A stretch of 64,000 bases of DNA from Promethearchaeota archaeon (GCA_019894975.1 JAGXNO010000011.1:16480-80479); one strand, 5' to 3'; shown: positions 40,000 through 50,901, counted from the first letter of the stretch. Made by a program: numbers and translations. Notes: generated by a model from the letters alone, not told the origin.

Positions 40000-41427
40000 C
40001 TAGATTAAGTTAAGTTTCTCCATTTTTATCTTCGCTTGATCATTTACCAGTTTTGAAGATTCTAGATTAACACTTGATTCCCCAGTAAGTCTTAAATAAG
40101 GACTCGTTCCTGAACGCCTAATAAGAATCCAACCATCGTTGTAAGCAAGTCTAACTCCGTCCATTTTGTTAATATTCGTTATTTTCTTTCCTAGAGAATC
40201 TAACGTCTCCGTCATTTCTTCAATGATTTTTTTGTTTATATCCTCTGTAAATGGAATATCAACTTTTAATGGAAACTTAGTTTCGTAAAATGGGTATTCT
40301 GGAATTTTTTTTAATATTTCTTTTAAGGGTTTTCCCGATTCCACAATCATTCTTAAGATTTTAGCGATAGTGACTATCGAATCGGGTCCAAGATGGGTAC
40401 TAGGCCATATATATGTACCTGAAGTTTCTCCACCTAAGAATCCACCATGTTCTTTTATAGCAATAGCCACTTTAATATCCCCGACTTCAGTTCTCAATAC
40501 TTCACATCCAAGAGGATTTAAGACATCTTCCATTAAGCTCGATGAATTAATTGCGGTGGATACCTTCATTTTCTCCTTAGGGATTTTATCTCTATATCGC
40601 TCTAAGTAATCAATTGCCATTAATGTCAAGAGACGTATTGGATCAACAATTTCTCCATTTTCATCTAAAAAAATAACTCTATCGGCATCACCATCAAGAG
40701 CAATTCCGATATCACTTTTATCTGAAGATTTCAAAAATTTAGAAAGTTGAATTAAATTTTCTTTACTTGGTTCTGAATTGCGTCCAGGGAATTTACCATC
40801 CATTTGTGCATTAATAGTCATAATTTTTACATTATAGGTGCTTAATAATTTGGGGACTATATCACATCCCGCTCCATTTCCTGGATCCAGTATAACATTT
40901 AATGAACTTCCATCAAACTTGATCCTGTTGGTTACGTCTTGAATATGTATATCATTAATATCTTCGACATTAGTTACTTTTCCTACCTCATCCCAATTGA
41001 TATCCACAAATTTTTTATCGTTATAGATCCTTTCAATTTCTTCTTCTTGTTCAGGTATATATCCCATTCCAGAAGGATTCCAGATTTTTAGACCGATATA
41101 TTCTGGTGTATTATGTGATGCCGTAATCATAACACCACAATCTGCTTTTAAATATTTTAGCGACATTGCTAAAGTAGGAGTTGTTACTATCCCTAGAGTT
41201 TTTACATTACATCCAGTACTTACAAGTCCAGAAATTAAAGCATATTCTATTGGTAACGCAGAAGTTCTAATGTCTTTTCCAATGACAACTGTACTTTTAC
41301 TTTTTAGATATGTTCCTAATGCAAGGCCCACATCTAAAGCCATTTGAGGAGTAAACATAACGTCTGATTCACTATAATTTTGAAACACTCGACGAATACC
41401 AGAAGTGCCAAAAATAATACCTGCCAT
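40000..41427 (-). CDS. glmM: Phosphoglucosamine mutase / phosphohexomutase
   Basis: FGTSGIR, ITASHN (phospho-Ser), DGDADR, GGETSG and RRSGT intact. Located in the hexosamine cluster. Confidence 0.85.
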   Translation of the reverse strand: MAGIIFGTSGIRRVFQNYSESDVMFTPQMALDVGLALGTYLKSKSTVVIGKDIRTSALPIEYALISGLVSTGCNVKTLGIVTTPTLAMSLKYLKADCGVMITASHNTPEYIGLKIWNPSGMGYIPEQEEEIERIYNDKKFVDINWDEVGKVTNVEDINDIHIQDVTNRIKFDGSSLNVILDPGNGAGCDIVPKLLSTYNVKIMTINAQMDGKFPGRNSEPSKENLIQLSKFLKSSDKSDIGIALDGDADRVIFLDENGEIVDPIRLLTLMAIDYLERYRDKIPKEKMKVSTAINSSSLMEDVLNPLGCEVLRTEVGDIKVAIAIKEHGGFLGGETSGTYIWPSTHLGPDSIVTIAKILRMIVESGKPLKEILKKIPEYPFYETKFPLKVDIPFTEDINKKIIEEMTETLDSLGKKITNINKMDGVRLAYNDGWILIRRSGTSPYLRLTGESSVNLESSKLVNDQAKIKMEKLNLI

Positions 41428-41538
41428 TATATTATCACTCTTAGGTAAATTTTATTATAAAATATTCTTAATGTAAGATAGAATAGTATAATAAAGATCT
41501 CTAATAATCTTTTCTGAATCTACTGAGTATCTTATTAG

Positions 41539-41640
41539 GATAAGAATTATGATCGTAGTGACAAACACAACCTTATTGAAGGATTAAAAATCGCATCCCA
41601 TCCTGGTTGCCATTATAACAAACCAAGTGAATTTTTTTAG
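41539..41640 (+). pseudogene. Short remnant resembling a heterodisulfide reductase subunit B / CCG-domain segment
   Basis: Translation ...EGLKIASHPGCHYNKPSEFF* matches the HdrB 'L.GLKVA.H.GCH..RPS' pattern. Bounded by stops, with no start codon. Confidence 0.5.
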
Positions 41641-41936
41641 GTTTTGATTCTTATATTTTAAGATCGAAATTGATCTGCGAGTTTCAAAGATCTCTAAGAA
41701 TAATAAAGTTACTATTGCAATGGATGGGGCTGATAAGGAATGACCGATAATATCACAATAAGAAGTTTGGTTGAGATTTTGTCCTCTGAACTAGTATTTT
41801 TTTCAGTAATTTTTGTTTTCACCTTTTAAACTAAAATTTTATTTAAATTTTTTAAAGAATAGTTTATTTCATTGAAATTTAAAACTAGTCTTAAATTGTT
41901 ATAAGACAATTTTTTATATTAATATAAAAAAACAAT

Positions 41937-43127
41937 TCAATTTCTCTTTCTATGAATACCAAATAGAATTATTGCTGCAAATAATGGGACTATTATTCCC
42001 AAAATTATCATTGCCTGGGAGCCCCAAAAGTCAAAAATTAATCCTGAGATCGGCGCACCGATCGCTATCCCCGCAACAACTAACGCATAGAAAGTTCCTG
42101 TTGCCACCCCACGATTAGATTCACTAGTATTATTTCTAATGATTCCCGCGGATGTGGGGAATATCATTCCATGTCCAATTCCAAAAATGATCATACCTAG
42201 TATGGGAATTGGTAACGATGTAGAGAAAATTAATACAAAAAAACTAAATGAGACAAAAATTAAGCCGTAGGTCATTATTCTCGACTTTCCTGTTCTGTCA
42301 CTTAAAATACCAGAAGGATAATGAACTATAATCGATAATAACACTAAAATGCTGAATATCATCCCAATTTGACCATCGGTATAACTTGAATCTTTTAAAA
42401 GGATGGAATAAGTAGCGGTTATAATTCCCAAATTAAAATTTAAGGCCAAAATACTCAAATAAGGAGCAAACATCTTCTTTGAGAAAATTGTGTGCTTAAA
42501 AATTGCAATTTCTTCCTTAAGGTTTAATTTTTCTTTAACGGGTTGATAAATTTTAGGCAGTAAAAGAGAGGTAATAGCCATTACAAACAAGATCATAGCA
42601 ATTATAAAGAACAGATTTTTATATCCTAATCCTTGTGCACCCATTCCCCCAATCATAAATCCAAATAAAAGAGCTATACCAAAGGAGATTCCGTATAAAG
42701 CCATCCCTCTTCCACTTTTTTCTTTTGGTGTCGCATCAGATAAATATGCCATGGTTCCTGGACCACCAAAACCACCTCCTAGGCCATGGATAATTCTTGC
42801 AAAGAGTAAGAAATAGGGATCCTGAGCGAGGGAATATAATAGTATTGAAAATCCATCTAAAACAATACCAACAGCTATTAGAACTTTTCTTCCGATTTTA
42901 TCAACAAATCTACCCGCTATTATATTTGCGGGAATATGAGTCATTGAATATGCACCAACAATAATTGAGGCAAGAATTACCGAAGCACCTAAATCAACTG
43001 CATAATTAGAGATTATAGGGATTGCAACAGTACTATCAAAATTTACTATAAATGTTAAAGCCAATACTAAAAAATAGGACCGTTTCCCAATCTTAGTTGA
43101 TATTTTTTCTTGTGAATTCTTATTCAT
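41937..43127 (-). CDS. MFS transporter
   Basis: GRFVDKIGRK (motif A), ARIIHGLG and about 12 TM segments. Confidence 0.92.
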   Translation of the reverse strand: MNKNSQEKISTKIGKRSYFLVLALTFIVNFDSTVAIPIISNYAVDLGASVILASIIVGAYSMTHIPANIIAGRFVDKIGRKVLIAVGIVLDGFSILLYSLAQDPYFLLFARIIHGLGGGFGGPGTMAYLSDATPKEKSGRGMALYGISFGIALLFGFMIGGMGAQGLGYKNLFFIIAMILFVMAITSLLLPKIYQPVKEKLNLKEEIAIFKHTIFSKKMFAPYLSILALNFNLGIITATYSILLKDSSYTDGQIGMIFSILVLLSIIVHYPSGILSDRTGKSRIMTYGLIFVSFSFFVLIFSTSLPIPILGMIIFGIGHGMIFPTSAGIIRNNTSESNRGVATGTFYALVVAGIAIGAPISGLIFDFWGSQAMIILGIIVPLFAAIILFGIHRKRN

Positions 43128-43255
43128 GCGTTTTAACTATTGATGATGAATTCTAAAAACTTTATGAATTATAAAGATTAAATCCGTTTAAAATCATTTT
43201 ATATCTATCATAAGTCCAATTCAATTATTATTCAAATTAATCTGAAATTGTTAAT

Positions 43256-43591
43256 ATGAGTTTTCCTAAAGAAAATTTAGAAAGAGAGAAAATAACATTA
43301 CATACAATGATAAACATGTATTGTAAGAAATCTCACGACTCGACCAATCAGTCGTGTTCAGAATGTATGGAATTATTCAAATATGCTGAAGAGCGTCTTA
43401 AGCTTTGTCGTTTTGGGGAAGATAAACCAACATGCGAAAAATGTCCAATTCACTGTTATAAACCTGAAATGAGAGAGAAAGTCCGAAATGTAATGAGATA
43501 TTCTGGACCACGAATGATATATTCTCACCCAATAATGGGATTTCGACATCTCTTTAAGCAATTGAAGAAAACTAAGAATTTTGAGTTATAA
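43256..43591 (+). CDS. YgbA / nitrous-oxide-stimulated-promoter family protein
   Basis: REK.T...MI.MYC, C..C, KPTC.KCPIHCYKP and MRYSGPRM..HP motifs. Confidence 0.85.
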   Translation: MSFPKENLEREKITLHTMINMYCKKSHDSTNQSCSECMELFKYAEERLKLCRFGEDKPTCEKCPIHCYKPEMREKVRNVMRYSGPRMIYSHPIMGFRHLFKQLKKTKNFEL

Positions 43592-43704
43592 GCTTAAAAT
43601 GACATCAAATATTCATGAAAATTTATTAGGAATAAAGAAAAAGTATTAATTGACTTTATACCATAATTTAGATAACCAACTAATAGTCTTATCTCTCTCT
43701 GATA

Positions 43705-45183
43705 ATGATTTTTCAAGGATTATTTAATATCTTAGATTTGTATTTTGATGATGTCGATCTTTTTTACAACAATATTGACCATTATTTTCAAGATAAAATC
43801 ATTGCTACTTTCGGAAATAATCCAATCAAGGAAGAGGTTTTATGCCAACAGCTTGTAGAAATTATATCATATTTTTCTGATGCTTTCATTGAATTAGGCT
43901 TTGAATTAGATGAAGTTGAGAGAACTTTTTCAGATCCCCATTTAGGAATTGAAGAAAAGGATAGGGAAATGATTTATTCACCCCTAGAGCTATATGAGAG
44001 AAAACTGGCACCATTTATTTACGAATTCTTTTTTGAAAAGATTGTAGATTACCTAGTTGATGATGAAATTGCACCATTAATGTTAAAGTTAAAATCTGAA
44101 GGTTTTTTGCCAATAGAATTTATAATGGAATTAAGAATTCTGAAGGATATGCTTGGACGTTATCCAAAGAAACGAGAAAATTTACGAAAATACACTCAAA
44201 TTCAAAAACGAATTATTAGGAAATTTCAAGAAAACAGAGCAAAAATTGAAAGTTTAGAAGAAATAAAAGAACCAGAATATAAACTACAAGTTATCTATCT
44301 AATATATCGGATAATCCATTTTTTTGAGCTTCAGAATGAATTTGATTTTTCTTCTATAAAAGCTTATATTAGAGACAATGTAGATGAATGGCTTATTGAT
44401 GTCCCATTAGTAACTTTAAAGAATCCAGATATCTATTTCTGCGGTATCTATTTAGCAATGAATTTAGGAATAGAGCTTGATAATGATAAAATTAATGATT
44501 TTCTTTTAGATTTAAGTATTGAAGCAGGTGATAGATACGAATCTCCAATTATTGAAGCAACAGATGGAGTTTATTATTTTACTAAAGCAACTGAAATGAT
44601 GGGACTGTTTTTAAGCATAGATCAATTAAAGGGAATAATAAGGATCAAGCCAGAGTATTTAGATTCAAATCATCTGAAAAATCTTGAAACATCTCAATTA
44701 GTAGTTATTCTAAAATTATTTCTTCAGTTAGGACTAAAAAAAATTGAAACCGAAAATAATGCAATTACTGAAGAAATAGAAAGACGGATTAGTCCTGAAG
44801 GAATTAAACAATTCAGAGACGGTTTTGTCTCATCAGAGGCTACATATTATGTCCTGTTTAACCATTATATGAACAACACTCTAGAGAAGTTAAAAGAACT
44901 TGATATTTTAGGCAATGTAGTTTCGAGGATTTACCGTAACCTGGAACTACTAGATTTTTCAATAGATACGAATTTTGATCTAATTAGTGAATTATTTTAT
45001 TCACTGGAAAGTTTAAAGTTGTTTAATTGTATCGAAACTAAAGAAATGATAATTCATTTGGCTAAATATTTATTTCCGCCAGAACTTGTAAAGAGAATTT
45101 TAGATAGTAAAGAATTAATCAGATATAAAGCTAAATTTCGGCATTTAAAGGTAAATAGAATTACCGGGGAGACAATCTACTAA
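43705..45183 (+). CDS. Hypothetical helical protein (C-terminal part may be a prenyltransferase-like alpha barrel)
   Basis: 492-aa ORF with repeated 'EATxY(Y/V)' and 'IYFC..LA..LG' patterns. Confidence 0.6.
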   Translation: MIFQGLFNILDLYFDDVDLFYNNIDHYFQDKIIATFGNNPIKEEVLCQQLVEIISYFSDAFIELGFELDEVERTFSDPHLGIEEKDREMIYSPLELYERKLAPFIYEFFFEKIVDYLVDDEIAPLMLKLKSEGFLPIEFIMELRILKDMLGRYPKKRENLRKYTQIQKRIIRKFQENRAKIESLEEIKEPEYKLQVIYLIYRIIHFFELQNEFDFSSIKAYIRDNVDEWLIDVPLVTLKNPDIYFCGIYLAMNLGIELDNDKINDFLLDLSIEAGDRYESPIIEATDGVYYFTKATEMMGLFLSIDQLKGIIRIKPEYLDSNHLKNLETSQLVVILKLFLQLGLKKIETENNAITEEIERRISPEGIKQFRDGFVSSEATYYVLFNHYMNNTLEKLKELDILGNVVSRIYRNLELLDFSIDTNFDLISELFYSLESLKLFNCIETKEMIIHLAKYLFPPELVKRILDSKELIRYKAKFRHLKVNRITGETIY

Positions 45184-45298
45184 GCTTGAATATATAATAT
45201 TGTTTTTCTTCCCCATTATTAATAGAAAATGAGATAAATAATAATTTTTAATTGATTTAAACATTTAACTAAAATAATAAAATTTTCTTCTGATATTA

Positions 45299-46777
45299 AT
45301 GGATTTAAAAGAATTTGAACTGATTTATAAAGAAAATCGAGTAATCATTAAAGATAAACCAGAAATTGAATCTAAATTAAAGAAGATTGTTGGATTGAAT
45401 AATATTTCCACTAAAGAGGTAGATCTCTTAGCATATACAAAAGATTCAACATTATTAGCATTCAATTGGGAAATAGAAGGAAAAATTGCCGGTCTTCCTG
45501 ATTATATTACATGGCCTGAAACAACAGAACAAATTAGCGAAATCTTGAAATTAGCTAATCGAGAAAAAATTCCGGTGATTCCCTATGGAGAAGGATCTGG
45601 GGTGGTTGGAGGTGCAATACCACTCTATGGGGGGATTATTATCGATATGAAGAAATTTAATAGAGTACTAGAAATTAATGATAAAAATCTAACCGTTACT
45701 GCGGAAGCTGGTATTAATGGTATGAATTTAGAACGACATTTAAATGCTAAAGGATATACTTCAGGTCATATACCTCAATCGTTATATATTTCCTCATTAG
45801 GTGGCTGGATTGCTCATCGTGCGGCTGGTCAATTTAGTACCAAATATGGCAAAATTGAAGATATTGTAATGGGGATGGAAATTATATTACCACAGGGTGA
45901 ATTAATTAAGTTTAAAACAATTCCAAGGGCTTCAACAGGACCACAGCTTGATAAATTATTCATAGGAGGAGAAGGAACATTAGGTATTGTAACTAAAGCT
46001 ACATTAAAAATTTGGCCTTATCCAGAAAAAAGATCTTTAATTTCTTATGCTTTTTCTACTATAGAAAAATCGTTTGATGCAGTAAGAGAGATTCTGCGGG
46101 AACAAATTTATCCTGCAGTGGTTAGAATATATGATAAGTTTGAAACCGCTCGACATTTTCCTGATAACATTAAAGCAAAAGATAAGGTAATGACTATTTT
46201 TGTCTGTGAAGGAAATTCAAAATTAGTTGATCTAGAAGAATCTATAACAAGAGAAAAATGTGAGTTAAATTCAGGAATAGATTGTGGAGACACTCCGGTA
46301 GAACATTGGATTGAAAGTAGATTTCGTGTTACTGAAACATCATCAATGCCTCCTTATAAAATTGTATTCGACACTCTTGAAGTGGCTTCTTTATGGGATA
46401 ATGCTGCTGAAATATATCATCATGTTTTAGAATCTATGAACAAATTCAAGGGAGTGTTAATGATTACTGCGCATGTTTCTCATTTTTACCCAAATGGAGT
46501 CGGAATCTACTTCTCATTTGGGGGTGTGCCGCCAAGAGGAATTTCCGATTTAAAATTCTATCAAGATTGTTGGGATACTATAATCAAAGGTGTATTAGAT
46601 GCAGGTGGCTCAATTGCACACCATCATGGGATTGGGATCAATAGATCTCATTGGATGGATAGAGAATGGGGGAATGCGATGAGTACCCTAAGACAGATTA
46701 AAAATATGCTTGATCCAAACAATATATTGAATCCCGGTAAAATTTATACGGAGACTTGGAAAAGAGGTGAAGATTAA
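45299..46777 (+). CDS. FAD-linked oxidoreductase, alkyl-DHAP synthase (ADPS/YgcU)-like
   Basis: VIPYGEGSGVVGG, GHIPQS, STKYGKIED, GGEGTLGIVT, HVSHFY...IYF, HHHGIG and LDPNNILNPGK. Confidence 0.85.
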   Translation: MDLKEFELIYKENRVIIKDKPEIESKLKKIVGLNNISTKEVDLLAYTKDSTLLAFNWEIEGKIAGLPDYITWPETTEQISEILKLANREKIPVIPYGEGSGVVGGAIPLYGGIIIDMKKFNRVLEINDKNLTVTAEAGINGMNLERHLNAKGYTSGHIPQSLYISSLGGWIAHRAAGQFSTKYGKIEDIVMGMEIILPQGELIKFKTIPRASTGPQLDKLFIGGEGTLGIVTKATLKIWPYPEKRSLISYAFSTIEKSFDAVREILREQIYPAVVRIYDKFETARHFPDNIKAKDKVMTIFVCEGNSKLVDLEESITREKCELNSGIDCGDTPVEHWIESRFRVTETSSMPPYKIVFDTLEVASLWDNAAEIYHHVLESMNKFKGVLMITAHVSHFYPNGVGIYFSFGGVPPRGISDLKFYQDCWDTIIKGVLDAGGSIAHHHGIGINRSHWMDREWGNAMSTLRQIKNMLDPNNILNPGKIYTETWKRGED

Positions 46778-48052
46778 ATGGGAGTCGAAGAGACATTAAA
46801 AAAATATTCATGGATGGTGCCTCTCCTTCAGAAAGCTGATAGAGAAACCAGAGCGATACTAATGAAAAACTTTAGGCAAAGAAAGAAAAATTTCTTTCCT
46901 AAAGGTGATTTCAAGGCTGATGTAGATAATCTGATAAAATGTATGCTTTGCCCAAACATGTGCCGCTTTGATTGTGGTAGTCTCCAAGCCACAAACACAG
47001 AATCTATGAGCCCCGCTTATAAGGCAAGAATAGGTTATTATCTTTCTATAGGGAAAATAGATCCAAGTGATCCTGCAAATAAAGATTTTATTGATTTAAT
47101 GTACAAGTGTACAAATGAAGAAACATGTAAAATATGGTGCCCTTTTGATTTTTCAGTAGTTTCTCTCCTAGAATCTGTGAGGGATGATTTAACAGATAAA
47201 GGATTAATGCCCGATTATCTTAAACCACGAATTCAAAACTTAAAGAACACGAAGACTATCGAAGATTACGACATATATAAAACATATAAGGAAAAAGGAA
47301 TTGAAGATATTGAAACTGATGGAAAAGACGAGGTTTATTATTATATTGGATGTGAAATGATGAAATTTCCAGAGGTAGTTAAAGCTAATATTGAAATATT
47401 AAAAAAGGCAGGAATAAAATTCTCAACTAACCTAGAAAAAAAGATGTGTTGTGGTGGTCCAATGTTTAATATTAGAGATCTGAATACTGCTAAAGAGTTT
47501 GCAGAGAAAAATAAAGTACTTATTGAAGGTACTGGAGCAAATTTAGTAGTTTCGGATTGCCCAGGATGTGTTCTAGCATTGACAAAACGATATGAAAGCA
47601 TAGGGATTAAAATTAATACAAAAATTATTCATATTTCAGAGTTCATTGCACAATTACTTGACGAGGGAAAAATTACCCCTAAAAAAACTATTCCTGATGG
47701 GTTTAAAGAAGTTGTACTTCATGATCCATGTCTTATGGCAAGAAACCTCAAGGATGTGACTTCTTTGAGAGAAATTCTTAGTAAAATTCCTGGAGTAAAA
47801 TTAAAGGAGCCAAGCTACAACAAAGAACTAACCCATTGCTGTGGTTGGAGCGGTACACTCCATTGGGCAGATAGAGATGTAGCGATTAATGAAGCACGGA
47901 ATAGAGTTGATGAATTGAAAGATTCTGGTGCGAAAATATTTCTATCTGCATGCCCTCTCTGTGAATTAGGTTTGGCTTATGGAATTGATGAATCAGAAAA
48001 AGAAAAATATAAAGTATTTGATATATCTGAATTATTGATAAAAGTAATATAA
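46778..48052 (+). CDS. Fe-S oxidoreductase with ferredoxin-like and two CCG domains (GlpC/HdrD-like)
   Basis: CMLCPNMCRFDC, CCG, DCPGC, HDPC, HCCG and ACPLC. Confidence 0.85.
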   Translation: MGVEETLKKYSWMVPLLQKADRETRAILMKNFRQRKKNFFPKGDFKADVDNLIKCMLCPNMCRFDCGSLQATNTESMSPAYKARIGYYLSIGKIDPSDPANKDFIDLMYKCTNEETCKIWCPFDFSVVSLLESVRDDLTDKGLMPDYLKPRIQNLKNTKTIEDYDIYKTYKEKGIEDIETDGKDEVYYYIGCEMMKFPEVVKANIEILKKAGIKFSTNLEKKMCCGGPMFNIRDLNTAKEFAEKNKVLIEGTGANLVVSDCPGCVLALTKRYESIGIKINTKIIHISEFIAQLLDEGKITPKKTIPDGFKEVVLHDPCLMARNLKDVTSLREILSKIPGVKLKEPSYNKELTHCCGWSGTLHWADRDVAINEARNRVDELKDSGAKIFLSACPLCELGLAYGIDESEKEKYKVFDISELLIKVI

Positions 48053-48074
48053 TTAAAAAATTAAATGTGATTAC

Positions 48075-49535
48075 ATGAGCGATCTTATTTGTGTTTTTGA
48101 TGTTGGGACGACTGGAGCTAGAACTATTGTATTTGATATTAATGGGAAAGAAATGGCAAGAGATTATGAAGAATACAAAATCCCCAAACAACCAGTAGGC
48201 ATTTCAGAACAAGATCCAATAATCTGGTGGAATGCAATTAAAAAAACATGTAATAGTATCACCCGAAAGGTAAATGTCAAAGATATTGTTGGTATTTCTG
48301 CGGCATTTCTTCGACAAACCGTGACATTTCTAGACGATAAAGGTATTCCATTACATCCTGCTTTAACATGGATGGATGAAAGAGAAGAATCAAGTGCCAA
48401 AAACTGGGTTGATGAGGAAGGTGCTTTTAGAAGAGCGATGCCAAAAATATTATGGATGAAAAATAACAAACCAGAAGTTTTCGAAAAGATTTCAAAAATT
48501 GCCTTTGTTGATACTTACATCATGAATAAATTATGCAACTCATTAATAACTGATCCAACGAATGGTTATTGGGGGATTCTCAATTTAGAAACACTAAAAT
48601 GGGATGAAAAATTAGCTGAAGCCTATGAGGTTCCAATAAACTTATGGCCTGAAATACGTTATCCCGGAGAAATAATTGGGGATCTCAGTAGTGATGTTGC
48701 GAAAGAATTAGGGTTACCTAATAATATTCCGGTAATAATGGGAAGCGGAGATCAACAATGTGCGGCATTAGGATTGGGGGTAATTCAAACAGGTCAAGCA
48801 AAAATCACTATAGGTACTGGAACATTTATTGATTATGTTGTAGATAAACCAATTCTACCCACTGAAGATATTCCTATATTTTCTATACCAACACCAATCA
48901 AAGGAAAATGGAATCTTGAAGCTTCAATGCCGGGCACTGGGACTGCTATGAAATGGTTTAAAGACAATTTTTCTCAATTACAAATTAAAGAGAGTATTGA
49001 GAAAAACCTAAATGTCTACAACATGTTAGCGGAAGAAGCTTCGAGTGTAAAACCGGGAAGTGAAGGATTACTTTTTCTCCCTCTCTATATGTTTAGAAAG
49101 GGAACAATTCATGGTCTTGGATGGAATCATACAAGAGCGCACATGATTCGAGCAATAATGGAGTCTGCTGCATTAAGTGCTCACATGTATCTCCAAATGT
49201 TAGAGGCAATGGGGGGCGCAAAAGTCTCCGAAGTTAAAGCAGATGGGGGGGGCATGAATAGTCCGTTGTGGGCACAAATCTTAGCGGACACGACAGCTAA
49301 AAACATAATTTTACCTGAAGAAAAAGATGGTGCCGCAATGGGTGCTGCGATCTTAGGATTCTACGGGACTGGGAAGTACGAAAGTCTAGAAAAAGCTGTT
49401 GATAATATGGTCAGATTTATTGACACTAAGGAACCTATTACAAAAAATGTTAAGATCTATAAGAAATTAAATAGGATTTTTATGCCAAACGTACTAGATC
49501 TTTATCGTAAAAAAAGAGTCACAAAAGATTTATAA
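48075..49535 (+). CDS. FGGY-family carbohydrate kinase
   Basis: FDVGTTG, EQDP..WW, GSGDQ, GTGT, DGGG..S.LWAQI.AD and GAA. Confidence 0.9.
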   Translation: MSDLICVFDVGTTGARTIVFDINGKEMARDYEEYKIPKQPVGISEQDPIIWWNAIKKTCNSITRKVNVKDIVGISAAFLRQTVTFLDDKGIPLHPALTWMDEREESSAKNWVDEEGAFRRAMPKILWMKNNKPEVFEKISKIAFVDTYIMNKLCNSLITDPTNGYWGILNLETLKWDEKLAEAYEVPINLWPEIRYPGEIIGDLSSDVAKELGLPNNIPVIMGSGDQQCAALGLGVIQTGQAKITIGTGTFIDYVVDKPILPTEDIPIFSIPTPIKGKWNLEASMPGTGTAMKWFKDNFSQLQIKESIEKNLNVYNMLAEEASSVKPGSEGLLFLPLYMFRKGTIHGLGWNHTRAHMIRAIMESAALSAHMYLQMLEAMGGAKVSEVKADGGGMNSPLWAQILADTTAKNIILPEEKDGAAMGAAILGFYGTGKYESLEKAVDNMVRFIDTKEPITKNVKIYKKLNRIFMPNVLDLYRKKRVTKDL

Positions 49536-49646
49536 TTTTTTTTTTAATGTTTATTCTCACTTTTGTTAACTTTCTTCTCATTTTAGAAAAGTATTTTTTG
49601 AATCTAGTATTTCAAAAATTATAAAACATAATATTATCTCAGATCC

Positions 49647-50471
49647 ATGCCATACTTCAAGAACCATGAGGGTTATAATCTCTATTACGAGAATATTAAT
49701 CCAGATTCTGATTTAAGCATAATTTTATTGCATGGATTTGCCTCATCTGCCTCATTCTTTAAAGCACAAATAAAAATGTTAAAAGAAGATTACCATGTGA
49801 TAGCTTTTGATGCATTGGGGCATGGAAGGAGTGATCATCCAGAAGAATTGGATCTTTCAAAAAATCTAAGGTATGATATTATTCGAGATTTAGAAGATCT
49901 CATAAATTATTTAGAGGTAAATAAAAAATTTGGAATAATCGGGCATTCTCTTGTTGGGGGTATGATAGGACAATTATTCACAATGAAACATCCTGAGAAG
50001 ATTAGATTCCTTATTTTGTTGAATTCTGGATATATAATTATAGACAATGTTATTAGAAATATATTCTATAATCTACTTCCTTATTTTATTCGTATGAACT
50101 TTTTAGATATTGTAGCAAATTCGATTGAAAAGATCTTAGATAAAACAATTCCCTATATAATCACTGCATTATCAGATTCTTTAGCAGGGATTGATCTAAC
50201 CAAGGATCAATTATACATGCAAATTGAAGAACAGATTTTTAATATGATAAATGAAATAAACGAATATGACCCTTCACATATCAGTTGTCCAACCCTAATA
50301 ATTGGAGGAAGGTTAGATAATTTTGCGCCTGAGCAAATGTCTGAAGAACTCCATAAGAAAATTCCTCAATCTACTCTAAAAATTATTGATATGGCAGGTC
50401 ATTTTGCTCCTGCTCAAAGAAAAGATGTTATTAATGAATTAATATGTCAGTTTATTAACAATCTTAAGTGA
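49647..50471 (+). CDS. Alpha/beta hydrolase
   Basis: LLHG, D.LGHGRS, GHSL.GG, GRLD and AGH. Confidence 0.85.
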   Translation: MPYFKNHEGYNLYYENINPDSDLSIILLHGFASSASFFKAQIKMLKEDYHVIAFDALGHGRSDHPEELDLSKNLRYDIIRDLEDLINYLEVNKKFGIIGHSLVGGMIGQLFTMKHPEKIRFLILLNSGYIIIDNVIRNIFYNLLPYFIRMNFLDIVANSIEKILDKTIPYIITALSDSLAGIDLTKDQLYMQIEEQIFNMINEINEYDPSHISCPTLIIGGRLDNFAPEQMSEELHKKIPQSTLKIIDMAGHFAPAQRKDVINELICQFINNLK

Positions 50472-50514
50472 GTAAAACATATAGATTTATTTAATCGCAT
50501 ATAATTTGAGAATT

Positions 50515-50889
50515 ATGAAAGATGTTATTAATCTGAATGATTCCGATACCTCAATTTCGGTTTTTAAAGACATTGTAAGAAAATTTGTAGAAAAACGTAA
50601 TTGGACTAAATATCACACAGCTAAAAACCTAGTGCAGGCCATAAATTGTGAAGCCGGTGAGCTTTCCCATTTATTGCTATTTAAAGAATATAGTAAGGAA
50701 GCTATTTGGAACGATGAAGCACTTCTTACAAATTTAACTGATGAAATAGCAGATGTTTTCATTTATTTGATCAGCCTCATTAATTCATTGAATTTAGATT
50801 TAAGTCAGATTTTTGCAAAAAAAATGGAAAAGAATAAAGAAAAATATAACCTTAAGGAATATAATAACGGTTTATATGATAAAAAGTAA
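50515..50889 (+). CDS. MazG-like nucleotide pyrophosphohydrolase (dCTPase-like)
   Basis: R.W..YHTAKNL...EAGEL and DEIADV..Y motifs. Confidence 0.85.
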   Translation: MKDVINLNDSDTSISVFKDIVRKFVEKRNWTKYHTAKNLVQAINCEAGELSHLLLFKEYSKEAIWNDEALLTNLTDEIADVFIYLISLINSLNLDLSQIFAKKMEKNKEKYNLKEYNNGLYDKK

Positions 50890-50901
50890 AATTGTAAAGA
50901 A

